Shown piece by piece: positions 52,938-64,000 of a stretch of DNA of 64,000 nt. The stretch comes from Antedon mediterranea (taxonomy: Eukaryota > Animalia > Echinodermata), in NCBI RefSeq assembly GCF_964355755.1, contig NC_092675.1, positions 12,085,812 through 12,149,811 of the forward strand, given 5' to 3'. The translations under genes and the position numbers were made by a program. Positions within the stretch are counted from its first letter, which is position 1; the number at the start of each line of letters is the position of its first letter. The notes below the pieces were generated by a model. The model searched no databases. It had not been told where the DNA came from and worked only from the letters and a program-made list of their open reading frames with translations.

Positions 52938-53039
52938 TATTTTCTTTAACTTTATGGTGAAATAACTGTATACGTAATATGATATAGAGTATATCTCGTT
53001 TAATACGAAAAGATATTACAATTCAGTGACTTATTTCTA

Positions 53040-53388
53040 TTTTTACTCGGGGTACCTGAGTCTAGGACTCTCTCATCTTTTCCTCTTCTTCTTCCATCCG
53101 GACACTATTGAGAAAAAAGTGCGATTTATAAAGTACTACTCCTCCCTTATTCGTTGTAGTATTGAGCTCGGATTTAGCATGAATATACTACAGGGACATG
53201 TCCTCAAAGCTATAGAGCCGGATTTTTTAATTTCAAACCGGATGCAGCCATATCACGTCTCGAAGATGGTACCGTATAGCCGTATTTGGTAGCGCGGTTA
53301 TTGATGTGTATGTGACGTTACATCCGGTCTTATGACGTCATTGCAGCTTCTTTCGCTGTACCCCGAGTATTGCACATTCGTGCTTGTT
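53040..53388 (+). mobile_element. HINE-type element copy 2 (no insert)
   Basis: Same termini and body as 51446-52153. Confidence 0.8.
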
Positions 53389-54259
53389 ACATTAAAATTT
53401 ATTTGCCAGTATTTATTTCTTCGTACTTGCATGATTATACTATTATCATTACAATTTTAATTTTACATTGTTCCATCCACACTGTAGATGGACTCCACAG
53501 AGTTTTCAGCCCTCTATATAATTTTTGCTCTTTTGACGTTCCATAGAAACAAAAACATTGAACATGGCCCATGGGGTAGGCCTACTGTACTGTAGGCTAG
53601 TCATTTTGTGTGCGAGAAAAACGTCTGTAAAATCATCAATTTAAAAATGTATTTGTTACTTTTTATGTGATTCTTTTTCATGAAAGTGCCAATTCTAAGG
53701 TGTGGTATTCAGAATAAATGTTGGGAGTTAAAATACAAGGCAGGTGCGAAAGATAAATATTTGTAATCTTAGGTGTTGGGTCTTGGCTTTCGTGATCTTA
53801 GGTCTTAGGGGGTCTGAGCTTTCGTGGTCTGAGCTTTCGTGACACCCGCTATAGATTATGCTACAAATTTCTTCTTGTCCCCTTATTTTAAGCAGCTCTC
53901 TTATCTCATTATCCCTCCAGTTCGACATTATTATTGTTAATTGAATTGGCGCCAAAGTGATACACTTGACCGCGCAAGGTGTCTGAAGCCTCGACAGGGA
54001 ACCCCGGAATATAACGGCGTTACGTTCTCACAGAATGCCCATCTGGCATTGCGGGGAATATCCCTAGAATATTACTAGGTCTAAAGCAGGTCATGTCGAT
54101 GCCGGCATGATGCCAAGACGACCCGTTCTCACAGAAAACCATACCGGCATGGTAATGGTATATTCCCGCAATATTCCAGGCACTCAGCTCTGTGAGAAAG
54201 GGGCTTTAGTGAAACAGAAGGGAAATATGCAACAAATTTTAATAAAATTGATACATTAC

Positions 54260-55200
54260 CTATCTGCTAAGGCTGCAATCACCATAGAATCAATTCCTCC
54301 AGAAAATAAAATAGCAACTTTAGCACTCTGGTCGGTCCCAGAATATTCTGCAAAATCTTCAGTTTTTGTACACTGGGTTGTGTTAGAGCATTCAACTTCA
54401 GAATATTTAAATTTCTCAAAACAATTGTCCTCTAATGTTGTAGAACATTTAACAGCACCACGAGATTGAAGAGCACTTCCAGATACTATGGCAGTATTCA
54501 ATGAGTCTTTGTTTAGACTGGCATGTACAACGGAATATTTCATAGTTTTTTCATCATCTGAAATGGTTTCTTTTTTTGAAGAATGGTTAATTGTTTTTGG
54601 GCAGTAATCCATAACAACATCACGTGGGACATTAAAAACTCTTCTTCGCACAGCATCTCCTAACACTTCAATAAAACTCAATGCAATTGATTTACTTTCT
54701 ACATCAGACTGAAGTAGATGATTTAAAAACTTGAAAGTTTGTTCAGAAGATAAATTATCTAAATCTTGTTTGTTTTCCAGGTTAGGTGGTAATTCTTTCA
54801 TTTCCTTCTTAAATTCTTCTGTCAAGTTATACTTCATTAATTGTTCCATGGTTGGCAAGTCTTTTGTTAAATTTGGAATAAAATTCTGAATATGTATATT
54901 ACTAATGTTTAAACAAATATGGTTATTTACATACAGGTGGTGGCTTTTAGAAGATTCAATATGATTCACTACCAAATCTTTTCTCTCACTTGGCACTGTT
55001 TGTAAATATTCACTTCCAAAGTTATCAATTTCAATAGCAACATGATCAGTTTGGTAGCCTAAGCCATCTGTGCTGGGTATACTAATGAGTGGAACATTTT
55101 GCCATGGAAACAGGTTAATTTTGAATTTGTCTTCATTTGTGCTTGGCCAGTGTTGGCAATCCAGACAATAAATTCCATTGGCTGGTACCTCTGACCATAC
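54260..55200 (-). CDS. ASNSD1: ASNSD1 large internal exon (941 nt, phase 0 to phase 2)
   Basis: Acceptor ttaccattag|GTATGG, donor GATAG|gtaat. Open frame VWSEVPANGIYCLD...FIEVLGDAVRRRVFNVPRD...[21 protein letters not shown] matches recalled ASNSD1 motifs ([28 protein letters not shown]; SGGxDS PP-loop). Confidence 0.95.
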
Positions 55201-55394
55201 CTAATGGTAAAGATTGAAACATATGATATCAGAATTTTATTTCAATCTGACAGACCTTGATTGAGTGCACTCTTTAAATAGGAAGGAAGTAAATTATCGT
55301 TAGTCTTTTGATTGCCAATAAACTTTAGATTGTTTTGAGGTTCACAACAGGATGTTTACAGAGTTTATAGAAAAATAATAAAATACCTTCAAAC

Positions 55395-55900
55395 TCATTC
55401 AGATGGTGATGTGTGAGGCGCAATCAGATTAGGTCTCTGAGGTCCATTCAGAAATGGTAATCCAAGAGACATGAAGGTGGGGAACTATGAGAGGAATTAA
55501 TATGGGGTGGCCTGAAGCACATTCAGATTGGGTCTCTGAGGTCTATTCAGATAGGGTGCTCGACGACACATTGAGGTAGGGTAGTTTGAGAGGCATTTAG
55601 ATGGGTGGCCTGAAGCATAATCAAATTGGGTCTCTGAGGTACATTCAGATAGGGTGCTCCAAGACACATTGAGGTGGGGTATCCTGACGAGGCATTTATA
55701 TGGGGTGGCCTGAAGCAAAATCAGATTGGGTCTCTGAGGAACATTCACATAGGGTGCTCCAAGACACATTGAGGTTGGGTACTCGGGGAGGCATTTAGAT
55801 GCGGTGGCCCAAAGCAAAATGCAATTTGGTCTCTGAAGTCTATTCAGATAGGATGCATTGAGGTGGGTATTCCTAGAGGCATTTAGATGGGTACTCTGCA
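55395..55900. repeat. Minisatellite with ~99-100-bp period made of four related 22-29-bp subunits
   Basis: gaggcattta recurs at ~55590, 55689 and 55789. The subunits share a ga.g..catt.agat.gggt pattern. Confidence 0.85.
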
Positions 55901-56508
55901 AGGCTGCAGTTTCTTAATCATGGGTGAAAGAGGAGATTGGGGTTGCATCCATCCAATTAATTTGTTTTTGCTTTCATATAATTTAATTAAAAAATAAGTG
56001 GCATAAAATAAAAACCTTGTTTGTGAGTTTCAGAATGCCTCAACATGAACAATTCATCAAACTTTCATTATGTGAAGCTTCTTCATCAGAAAATCAAAAT
56101 ATACGGTATTTTTTATTGGCAGTAGAAACGGGTACCCAAAATACGGTATCAATTTATAAATACCGTATTTTATCCACAAATTTGGTGGGGAAAATATGGT
56201 ATACAAAACACGGTATATTTTTTATGAGTGCCGTTTCCACTGCCAAAAATATACCATATATGGTATTCAAAAAATACGGTATTTACTTGGCAGCAGAAAC
56301 AAGGCCTAAAACTCATTTTAATCATTATAATATTGTTTTATTTAAACTAAGATATTGAATGAGTTGACCTAAATATCTGTATTGAAAAGGCAGTATTAAT
56401 ATAACTACCACTTTTATTATTTATCAATATAAATATATGCTGCATTAAGGGGAAATCAATTTTAGGGTGAAAAATGCAACAAAAGAAATTAAGTGCCTTC
56501 AGGGCACA

Positions 56509-57867
56509 TCTATATTATAAGTGAGAGAGTTTGTCTGTTTGTTTGTTTGTCTGTTTGTTCGTTATACAAAATTTTGTTACTGCACATAATCTTACATATG
56601 GGGTATCAAAATGACCGCAATTGTACCGGGAATGTTCTAAGCTATATTTCAATATCATCCGCCACCTAGGATCCAAGTTAGGGACCAAAATGTGGTCAAA
56701 ACCCCCACTTTCGATGTTTGTTCGTTATACAAATTTCTGTTTCTGCACGTAACCATACGTATGGGGTATCAAAATGATGGCAATTGTACCCGGAAGGTTT
56801 TAAACTACATTTACAAAAATTCCCCCGACTCCTGGGGTTTTAGTGGGAGGGGTGGGTGGTGTGGTGGTTTGTGATGTCACATTTTTGCTAGGGCTCGGGG
56901 TTGTAGGCTATCGAATTGTAAAATATATACTACAAAAGTTTTACAGTATTTGAATTATCCTCAGCAAGGCGTTTGGGGAAATATAGATATAGATATACAT
57001 ATTTTATTCATTAACCAATATGACACCTATTCAATTACACATTTAGCAAAGTACTTTAACCATATCCAGCTATGTATCGGTCTCTTGGATTGTCTCATTA
57101 CAGACATCCATACCTGTGTGAACATACACATGATGTTTACTGTTACTGTGTTCAATTACATTACAATTGTGGGAGAGTGGGGTTGGGAGATAGGGTTTGG
57201 GTTCAGGGGATTTTGCTTACACCAGAATTGTGGTTGGAAAATGTTTTAATCATCCCTGGGAAGCAGATGGGAGTTTGGGGTGGGGATGTAGGCCTATCAC
57301 CATGACCGAAAATGTATTTGGTATGTTTTAAACTACATTTGAAAACTGTCACTGAGGGTTTATGGGTTGGGAGTGATAACATAATTTGTACTGGGGTGTA
57401 GTGTAGTAGGGGGAGGAGGAGCGAAAATACTAGCGTAATGAAGTAGCCTATATGATTGGATTGTACTAGGAAAAGTTACTAAATTTGAACTGTCCAGGGG
57501 AGGAGTTAAGGTTTGTTGATGGTGGCTAGGGTGGTGAAAGGAGAAAGAAGGCTGGGGGACCGCAGTATCTAAATTACATATTTTAATTATCAGCCAATAT
57601 GACACCTATTCATTTACACAATTTACAACGTACCATTTAACCATTATTAGACCCATTGTAGCTATGCATACTCCTCTCAATTCGAAGCTTAGGTTGAATT
57701 GAATTTGTCCATCACTGGGAAGAATTTGTTTTTAAGAAAGAGTATGGGGTGTTATTGAAGAGGGGTGGAGGTTGGCGAGTATAGACAGATACTGGCGTCG
57801 GGTGTTATGTACTGAGAAGGCTGTAAACTAATTTTGAAACCCGCCCTGGGGCGGGTATAATTGCTAG
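56509..57867 (+). mobile_element. Canonical non-autonomous Helitron
   Basis: A|TC 5' end with (GTTT)n, 3' hairpin ACCCGCCctggGGCGGGT and CTAG|T. Confidence 0.85.
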
Positions 57868-57923
57868 TAATAATAATAATAATATCCTGGATTTATATAG
57901 TGCCTAATGTTGTGAAACCTCTA

Positions 57924-60866
57924 TACTCTAGTAGCTAGATCAACTTTCGTATGCACTTTGAGGTCCAGAGAATTTGACTTCAGAAATTGGTTTAGGGTGG
58001 TCAAACAATCATATTTGGCTTGGTTACACATTTTGAAAATGTGGCGAAAGGTCAAAAGGTCAAGGTGAAAGGTCATAAGACCAAACATAAATATGTCCTT
58101 AAATCTCAACAACCACTGGTCACAACGAAGTAATTTTGGTCTTAAATTAATCAGAAGGTATACATTTATATTCAGTCTAATGGGACATTTTAGTAAAAAA
58201 TGACCGGAAATGCCATTTATGACCTTTGACCCACAACCCAGGGCATGTATGTATCTCCGTAACTACTGGTCGTAGACACTTGAATTTGGTTTTAAAATGT
58301 TCGAAATATATGTTTTGTTATTTGTTACACATTTTGAAAAATGTTACAAAAGGTCAAAGGATTAAGGTCAAGGGTTATTTGAACAAATAAAAAAAGGTAC
58401 TTTTATCTCGGCAACCACTGGTCTAGCAAGTCAATTTTGGTCTCAAAATGTTCAGAAGGCATGCATTTATATTCCATCTAATGGGGCATTTTAGTCAAAA
58501 ATGATAAGAAATGCCATTTCTGACCTTTGACCCACATACCAGGGCATCTTCATATCTCTGTAAGTACAGGTCGTAGAAACTTAAATTTGGTATCAAATTG
58601 TTCGAAATATACATATTTACATTCATTGTAATAGAAAATGTGGTTAAAAGATGAACAGAAATACTCTTACTAATGTTTCAAACAAAAAACATATCTACAC
58701 AACTTATCCTTAGACAGTAATGTTATGCAATAACTGATACTTTAAATTTTTTTAATTTCAAGTACTAGTTATTGCTGTCCCCGAGGACATTTTGATAGAA
58801 ACGTTAAGCTCAACAGTTCTTTTCAGAATGCTAGAAGTAACTTGCCATATGTATCCGATTAAACGCCCCAGGCATTTATTGTTCAAAATGGTTTTTAGGG
58901 GGAAAGGAGGCATCTTTATTTGCATGTATAATCAAATAAATACCACCTAGATGTAAAAAAATACCGCACAATTAATATCAAAAAGTGATAAAATTATGTC
59001 AAAATGCTTGGTAAATTGTAGATTATGGTAGTTATTAATGAAATGTGTTGACGTGACGGGGCGTTTATTCCACATGGTGTTCTATTTGAGGGAATGGTGG
59101 CGTTTATTTGAAGGAATACTCTAATTTTAATAATTGTATTTCGTTTCTCAACTGATAAAAGGTACTTTACATGATTCGTTTTCCTCTTTATGCTTTTTAA
59201 CGAAATGTTTCTGTTTTTTAAAATAAAATAAAAGTGATAGATTCCATTAAATGGATCTTCACCTCCAGGTGCCAGTATAATGATATAAAACAATGACACA
59301 TCATTATCCTGACACGATTGCACTTATAATGGATCTTCATTCTATCATCTATTTGTTTGTAACTACAATTTGACAACAATCTTTTGCATAGTTTTAAATG
59401 CCAATACATAGTTTCATTACTATTGTATATTATGTCCAGCTTTCCTGAAAACACCATTGTGTACTGTAGTACAGTGTTGTAGTATGATTTTATCATGATA
59501 AACTTCTGATGCTTTTATTGTCAATGCATTCAGTACCTAAAACATGTCAAAGTTTCTAGTGGTATTAATAAATCTCCAGAAATATATATTGCTTTATTAT
59601 GTACACTGGGAACAGACGTGTATATGTATAAGTTTTGTCGTTGACATTCAAAACTATTATGCAACAGTGTTACGTAATAATGACAATGACTTGGTCTATT
59701 ATTGTGGTCTCCGATACCTTTTATTACATGATTGTACTTCCTCCAGGATAGAATGAGGTTTAATCCCGTTATTATTCTTATTATATATATATATTTTTTT
59801 ATATATATATCTGGGGTGTATTTATTTGATTATACATACACACAACAAAATAAACGCCTTCCCTGAATAAATAAATGCCCGAGGCTTTTATTCGGGTAAC
59901 TACAGTAAATTACTTCTAGCATTCTCAAAATGTTTGAACGTTCGGGGGTCAACAATAATTTCTAGCATTATTATAAGCAAAACCACAATTATTACAAACA
60001 GTAAAGGATTTGTTTTAATTCCTACAGTATAATGAAATCATTAAGCATCAATTATTGCATAACATTACTGTCTAATGATAAGTTGGGTAGATATGTTTTT
60101 CATTTAAAAGATTAGTAATTAATATTATTTATGATCATCTTTTATCCAAATTTTCTGTTAGAATGAATGTAAATATGTGTATTTCTAACAATTTGATACT
60201 AAATTTAAGTTTCTACGACCTGTACTTACAGAGATAAGAAGATGCCCTGGTATGTATGTCAAAGGTCAGAAATGTCATTTCCGGTCATTTTTTACTAAAA
60301 TGTTTCATTAGACTGAATATGAATGTATACCTTCTGAACATTTTGAGACCAAAATTTACTCGCTGTGACCAGTGGTTGCCGAGATACAAATACCTATTTG
60401 TGTTTATTCATATAACCCCTGGCCTTGACCTTTTGACCTTTTGTAACATTGTTCAAAATGTGTAACAAATAACTAAATGTATATTTCGAACAATTTGAGC
60501 CCAAATTCAAGTCTCTACGGCCAATAGTTACGGAGATACAGACATGCCCTGGTTTATGGGTCAAAGGTCAGAAATGGCATTTCCGGTCATTTTCGACTAA
60601 AATGTTTCATTAGACTGAATATGAATGTATACCTTCTGATCAATTTGAGACCAAAATTACCTCGCTGTGACCAGTGGTTGTCGAGATTTAAGGACATATT
60701 GGTGTTTGATCTTATAACCTTTGACCCTGACCTTTTAACATTTCGCCACATTTTCAAAATGTGTAACCAAGCCAAAAATGATTGTTTGACCACCCTAAAC
60801 CAATTTCTGAAGTCAAATTCTCTGGACCTCAAAGTGCATACGAAAGTTGATCTAGCTACTAGAGTA
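57924..60866. mobile_element. Academ-like foldback element with ~1-kb TIRs
   Basis: TACTCTAGTAGCTAGATCAAC at both ends, with internal ~300-bp subrepeats. 3-bp TSD CTA is confirmed by the empty site at 37960-38025. Confidence 0.9.
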
Positions 60867-60911
60867 CTAAGCGCTGTACATAAAAAAAATAAGAAAAAAG
60901 GGAAATCCAAC

Positions 60912-60947
<36 letters not shown>

Positions 60948-61216
60948 AAACCGCAGTAAGGGGATACGCCTTCGTCGCTAACCAGGGATCGGTCTAATTG
61001 AACCCGGGTCAGCACCAGTTGTGTCTCGGTCATCCCGGACTCAGGCGCCTCCTGCCCTACAAAAACATCATGTTTCCGCCGAGGTGCATTAAAGGTTGGT
61101 TACTCAAACAAGGTTTCATATGGGGGATTCCACAGATGTAGTTGTGTCTATTTAACTCCTCTGTATCTTTCTGTTCAACTGCTCAATACCGTACTGTATA
61201 AAATTATCAGTTTAAT

Positions 61217-62748
61217 TAGTTATCCGCACTTGGCGGATAACTCCTTGTTATTGTATGGGATCAATATTCTTTCTTTCTCGCTATTTTTGTGCAGCGCATT
61301 TCTCTAAAATGTGTAAACATAACATTTCATAACTTTGACAACATGTGGACATTTACCTGAAGTTGTGCACCTCCTTTTTTGAAAGACGTCAGAGTTGTGC
61401 AACGTAACTTACGAGCGATTTTATGATTTGTTACGATTGTTCATAGATTAAAAACCAAGCGTAATTTTGTTTTGATACTTGGTGAAAATTTAAGTCATAT
61501 CAAGGTCAAACTTTCTACGGATTAAAAATGGCACGTTTCAAAAGAAGTTACGCGCGCACGCGCATTTAAAATTTCAAAATGCGCAAAATTAATTTCTAAT
61601 CAACTTTCTACGCTGATAATGACGCATGTCAAAAATTCCTGCGCGGGCGAAAAAATTTACGCGTAAGGTGCGCACGGAGAATGAAAAACATGTTTTTTTC
61701 TCTTGAATTATATTTGTCAAGCCTTTCTAGTAATTTTGAAAACAATCTAGACCTTTTCCACTTTAAATAACGCCATACGAACACGTTGAATTAGACAATT
61801 CGCACGCGTTTTTAATGAAAAAGCTTAAAAAATCGTCAAAATAATGTCTTTTTTTAAACAGTCATAGTTTCTAAAGTAAACCGTGAACTGTTTATTTTTA
61901 TTACAAAATCTAGAAGTTGATGAGTTGTAGATATCGGATCATGCATCAATAAGGCTAAACAAACATTGTGACGTCATCGTATGGCCACCCGAATATAAAA
62001 TATAGGATTTTTGTCTGTTTCGTTATTGCTTATCACATTCAATGGAGCGCATCACGCTTATCTGCATTCTTTTTTCTCCGAGATTTTAATATTGTCTAGG
62101 TCAATCAACTATTTTTCGCATGAGATAAAAGTATTTTAATTTTTATGACGTCATCATGCCTAAAAATTTAAATTACGTGGGTCATTAATTTCATCTTTAC
62201 AGTAAATTTTAATCTGTAATAGCTAGTAAGAATAAAATGTGATAATCACGATTAAAACATTTTCTGGAAGCTATTGGAGTGTAGATACGAATTCATGTGA
62301 ACATTTTGCCAATTGGATATTGTGACGTCATCATATGGCCACTTGACTTTAAAAAATTGTATTTTCATCTTTTGCGTCATAGTTCATTACATTTAAAAGA
62401 GCGCGCATCAATATTTCACGTATTCAAATTTCTTCTACACGTTAATATGTTGTTGCTGAGATAATTGGTACCTTAGCGTTTCATTTTGAAACCGCCAACA
62501 TGTTAAAAATTGGAATAAATAGCGGGTCCCGTAATTTCACCTATTCTACACTGTATGTGATATGTATACAGTGTATACTATATCACACAAAATAACAGAA
62601 TTCAGCAATAACATATCATATTCTTCAGTTCAGGTCATAATGTCATAATCTTTTTCTGTGTGCAATATTCCAACGTGTGACGTTCACGTGGCGTTTGTCG
62701 TGTGCGGATAACTAACTCGTCAAAGTGACGAGTTTCATGTCTAGTTTA
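61217..62748 (+). mobile_element. Helentron/Helitron2-like non-autonomous element, most complete copy of an abundant family
   Basis: 5' ttaGTTATCCGCACttggcggataac. 3' GTGCGGATAACta-ACTCGTCAaagTGACGAGT-ttcatgtctagtt. Confidence 0.8.
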
Positions 62749-63719
62749 GATTAAGTCTAGTCTGCAGAATTAATATAAATGTTGGCATATCACCAACTCA
62801 AAAGTGCAAACAAACCACATGTTAACATCATACTCTAGAAGCATTAATTGTGGTTTCTTGGTATCTCTATTAATATTTCTTTCTTTCAGTAGATAATTAA
62901 AGTGTATAATTAACATTTAATGTGTTCTGTGTAACTTACAAAATGTGGTTATAATGCTGTTAATACTTGTTGCATACATCACTATGCATTATTAATAGTT
63001 CATGATACTTGGAAAACATTCATACAAATTATATTGTTGGTCATTTGTTATGCTTCTATAAGTATTGATAAAATACATGTAAAAACAGTAAGATATTTTT
63101 GTAATGTAAATTTAGACTCTGAAATGTATAATTTTTATTTCCTAGGAGTTTCATATAGCACTTACAACCCTATCCTGACAGACTTCCGCAACAAAGTAAA
63201 TAATGGCATAAATATTGACTGTGTTTATACTTTAATTAAGTTAAAAATGATCTATGGTATAAATGGGGAATTGCCTTTACAAGTCTAAATTGTCACTAGT
63301 TAATAAAAACTGACTATGTTATTACAAGTTAAATTACATTTCTTACTAATGAATTCTAAATCTTAACTTTGATATGATATATTTTTCCGTGAAGACATTG
63401 ATTTTACGTCATTCATTCCTAGTTTGTACGTCACACAATATATTCTGTTCATATATCTTGAGGGTTCAATACATTTGTTTATCAACGAAGCGCTTTGATG
63501 TTATAAAAATAGATGCTGTGATAATCAAACACAGATGTTATTAACACCAACACTATTGAATTGAATAGAAAAGTCAAAGATTAAATGGGGTGTCAAGCCT
63601 TCTCGAAAAGATAAAGTATCCCGTTAACAGTAGTAGTCCACACCCAGATTGTTATGTTTTATAGAAATGACATGGAAAAAAGCATACACTTTACCATTTG
63701 TGGCACAGGCAAGCCAAAC

Positions 63720-63756
63720 CAGTCGCTTGTCGGTAATCCCCGAACTGAGATACAGC
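63720..63756 (-). CDS. ASNSD1: Candidate upstream ASNSD1 mini-exon (37 nt)
   Basis: ttacctattctag|G CTG...CTG|gtttgg gives (R)LYLSSGITDKRL. It joins in phase 0 to VWSEVP and resembles FCLSSVG...QWQEVP. The donor is weak; an alternative donor exists at 63694 (ATG|gtaaag). Confidence 0.35.
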
Positions 63757-64000
63757 CTAGAATAGGTAAAATCACATTGACAACAAAAAACTAATTTATC
63801 GATTAAATCTAACCTTTATGTATTCTAGAATCATACTGTTTGTTTTTTTTTTTTATTTTTCAACTAAAACAATTAAAAAAATACATTTTGAAAGAAATTT
63901 TTCACCTGTAGAATCGTCTTTTCAAAAGCTTCGTATGGGGTATTGCTAAACCCCGCAAACCTCCAAAAAAACATAGCAAACCCCACCGAACCAACATAAA

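Larger units (their letters stand above)
50834..53847. mobile_element. MULE-like non-autonomous element with long TIRs
   Basis: GGGTGTCACGAAA.../...TTTCGTGACACCC with 10-bp TSD GCTATAGATT. Inverted similarity extends to 51400/53520. Confidence 0.85.
50359..54205. mobile_element. Harbinger-like MITE (outer shell of a nest)
   Basis: TIR AGCCCCTTTCTCACAGA / TCTGTGAGAAAGGGGCT. TSD not conserved. Confidence 0.7.

Noticed and set aside
55497-55901. 134-aa repetitive ORF
   Set aside because: By-product of the ~99-bp minisatellite; the repeat register shifts frame within the ORF.
60587-61033. Overlapping ORFs with poly-Phe/poly-Lys
   Set aside because: Read through a TIR and a poly-A tract.
63906-64000. 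Open minus-strand frames ending at a CAG|gtgaa donor-like site
   Set aside because: From 63937 the plus strand reads GGGGTATTGCTAAACCCC with repeated aaacccc motifs, which looks like a transposon end. No similarity to ASNSD1.
55201-64000. ASNSD1 start (MCGI) and the ASDURF upstream ORF known from vertebrate ASNSD1
   Set aside because: No matching peptide was found; the 5' exons probably lie beyond the window.

Overview
AT-rich eukaryotic (animal) genomic DNA. The repeat repertoire (Deu/Nin-like SINE, Academ, Kolobok, Penelope, Helentron-type elements) suggests a marine invertebrate, possibly an echinoderm; this is an inference. The only host gene I can support is an ASNSD1 (asparagine synthetase domain-containing 1) homologue on the minus strand. 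It has seven confidently spliced exons from 55200 down to 3295, with consistent GT-AG phases and one ~35-kb intron; both ends of the gene lie outside the window. Nearly everything else is intronic and consists of densely nested transposable elements, many delimited by TIRs, TSDs and empty-site paralogues inside the window. They include a decayed Academ element plus two Academ-like foldback elements with 3-bp YTA TSDs, an intron-containing Tigger/pogo, Kolobok/Harbinger/hAT5/Ginger/MULE/Tc1 non-autonomous elements, Helitron and Helentron-type elements, and Gypsy, BEL, Rex1, L1/Tx1, RTE and RTEX fragments. The most notable observations are: Penelope-type minimal hammerhead ribozymes (two families, two with intact cores in the sense of the host pre-mRNA); a Helentron-type element carrying an internal copy of its own 3' flank with a tRNA-Val pair; and a 1.6-kb inverted repeat pair bracketing a 402-nt, frame-symmetric exon block. 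Most ORFs in the supplied track are spurious. All calls were made by eye without database searches.
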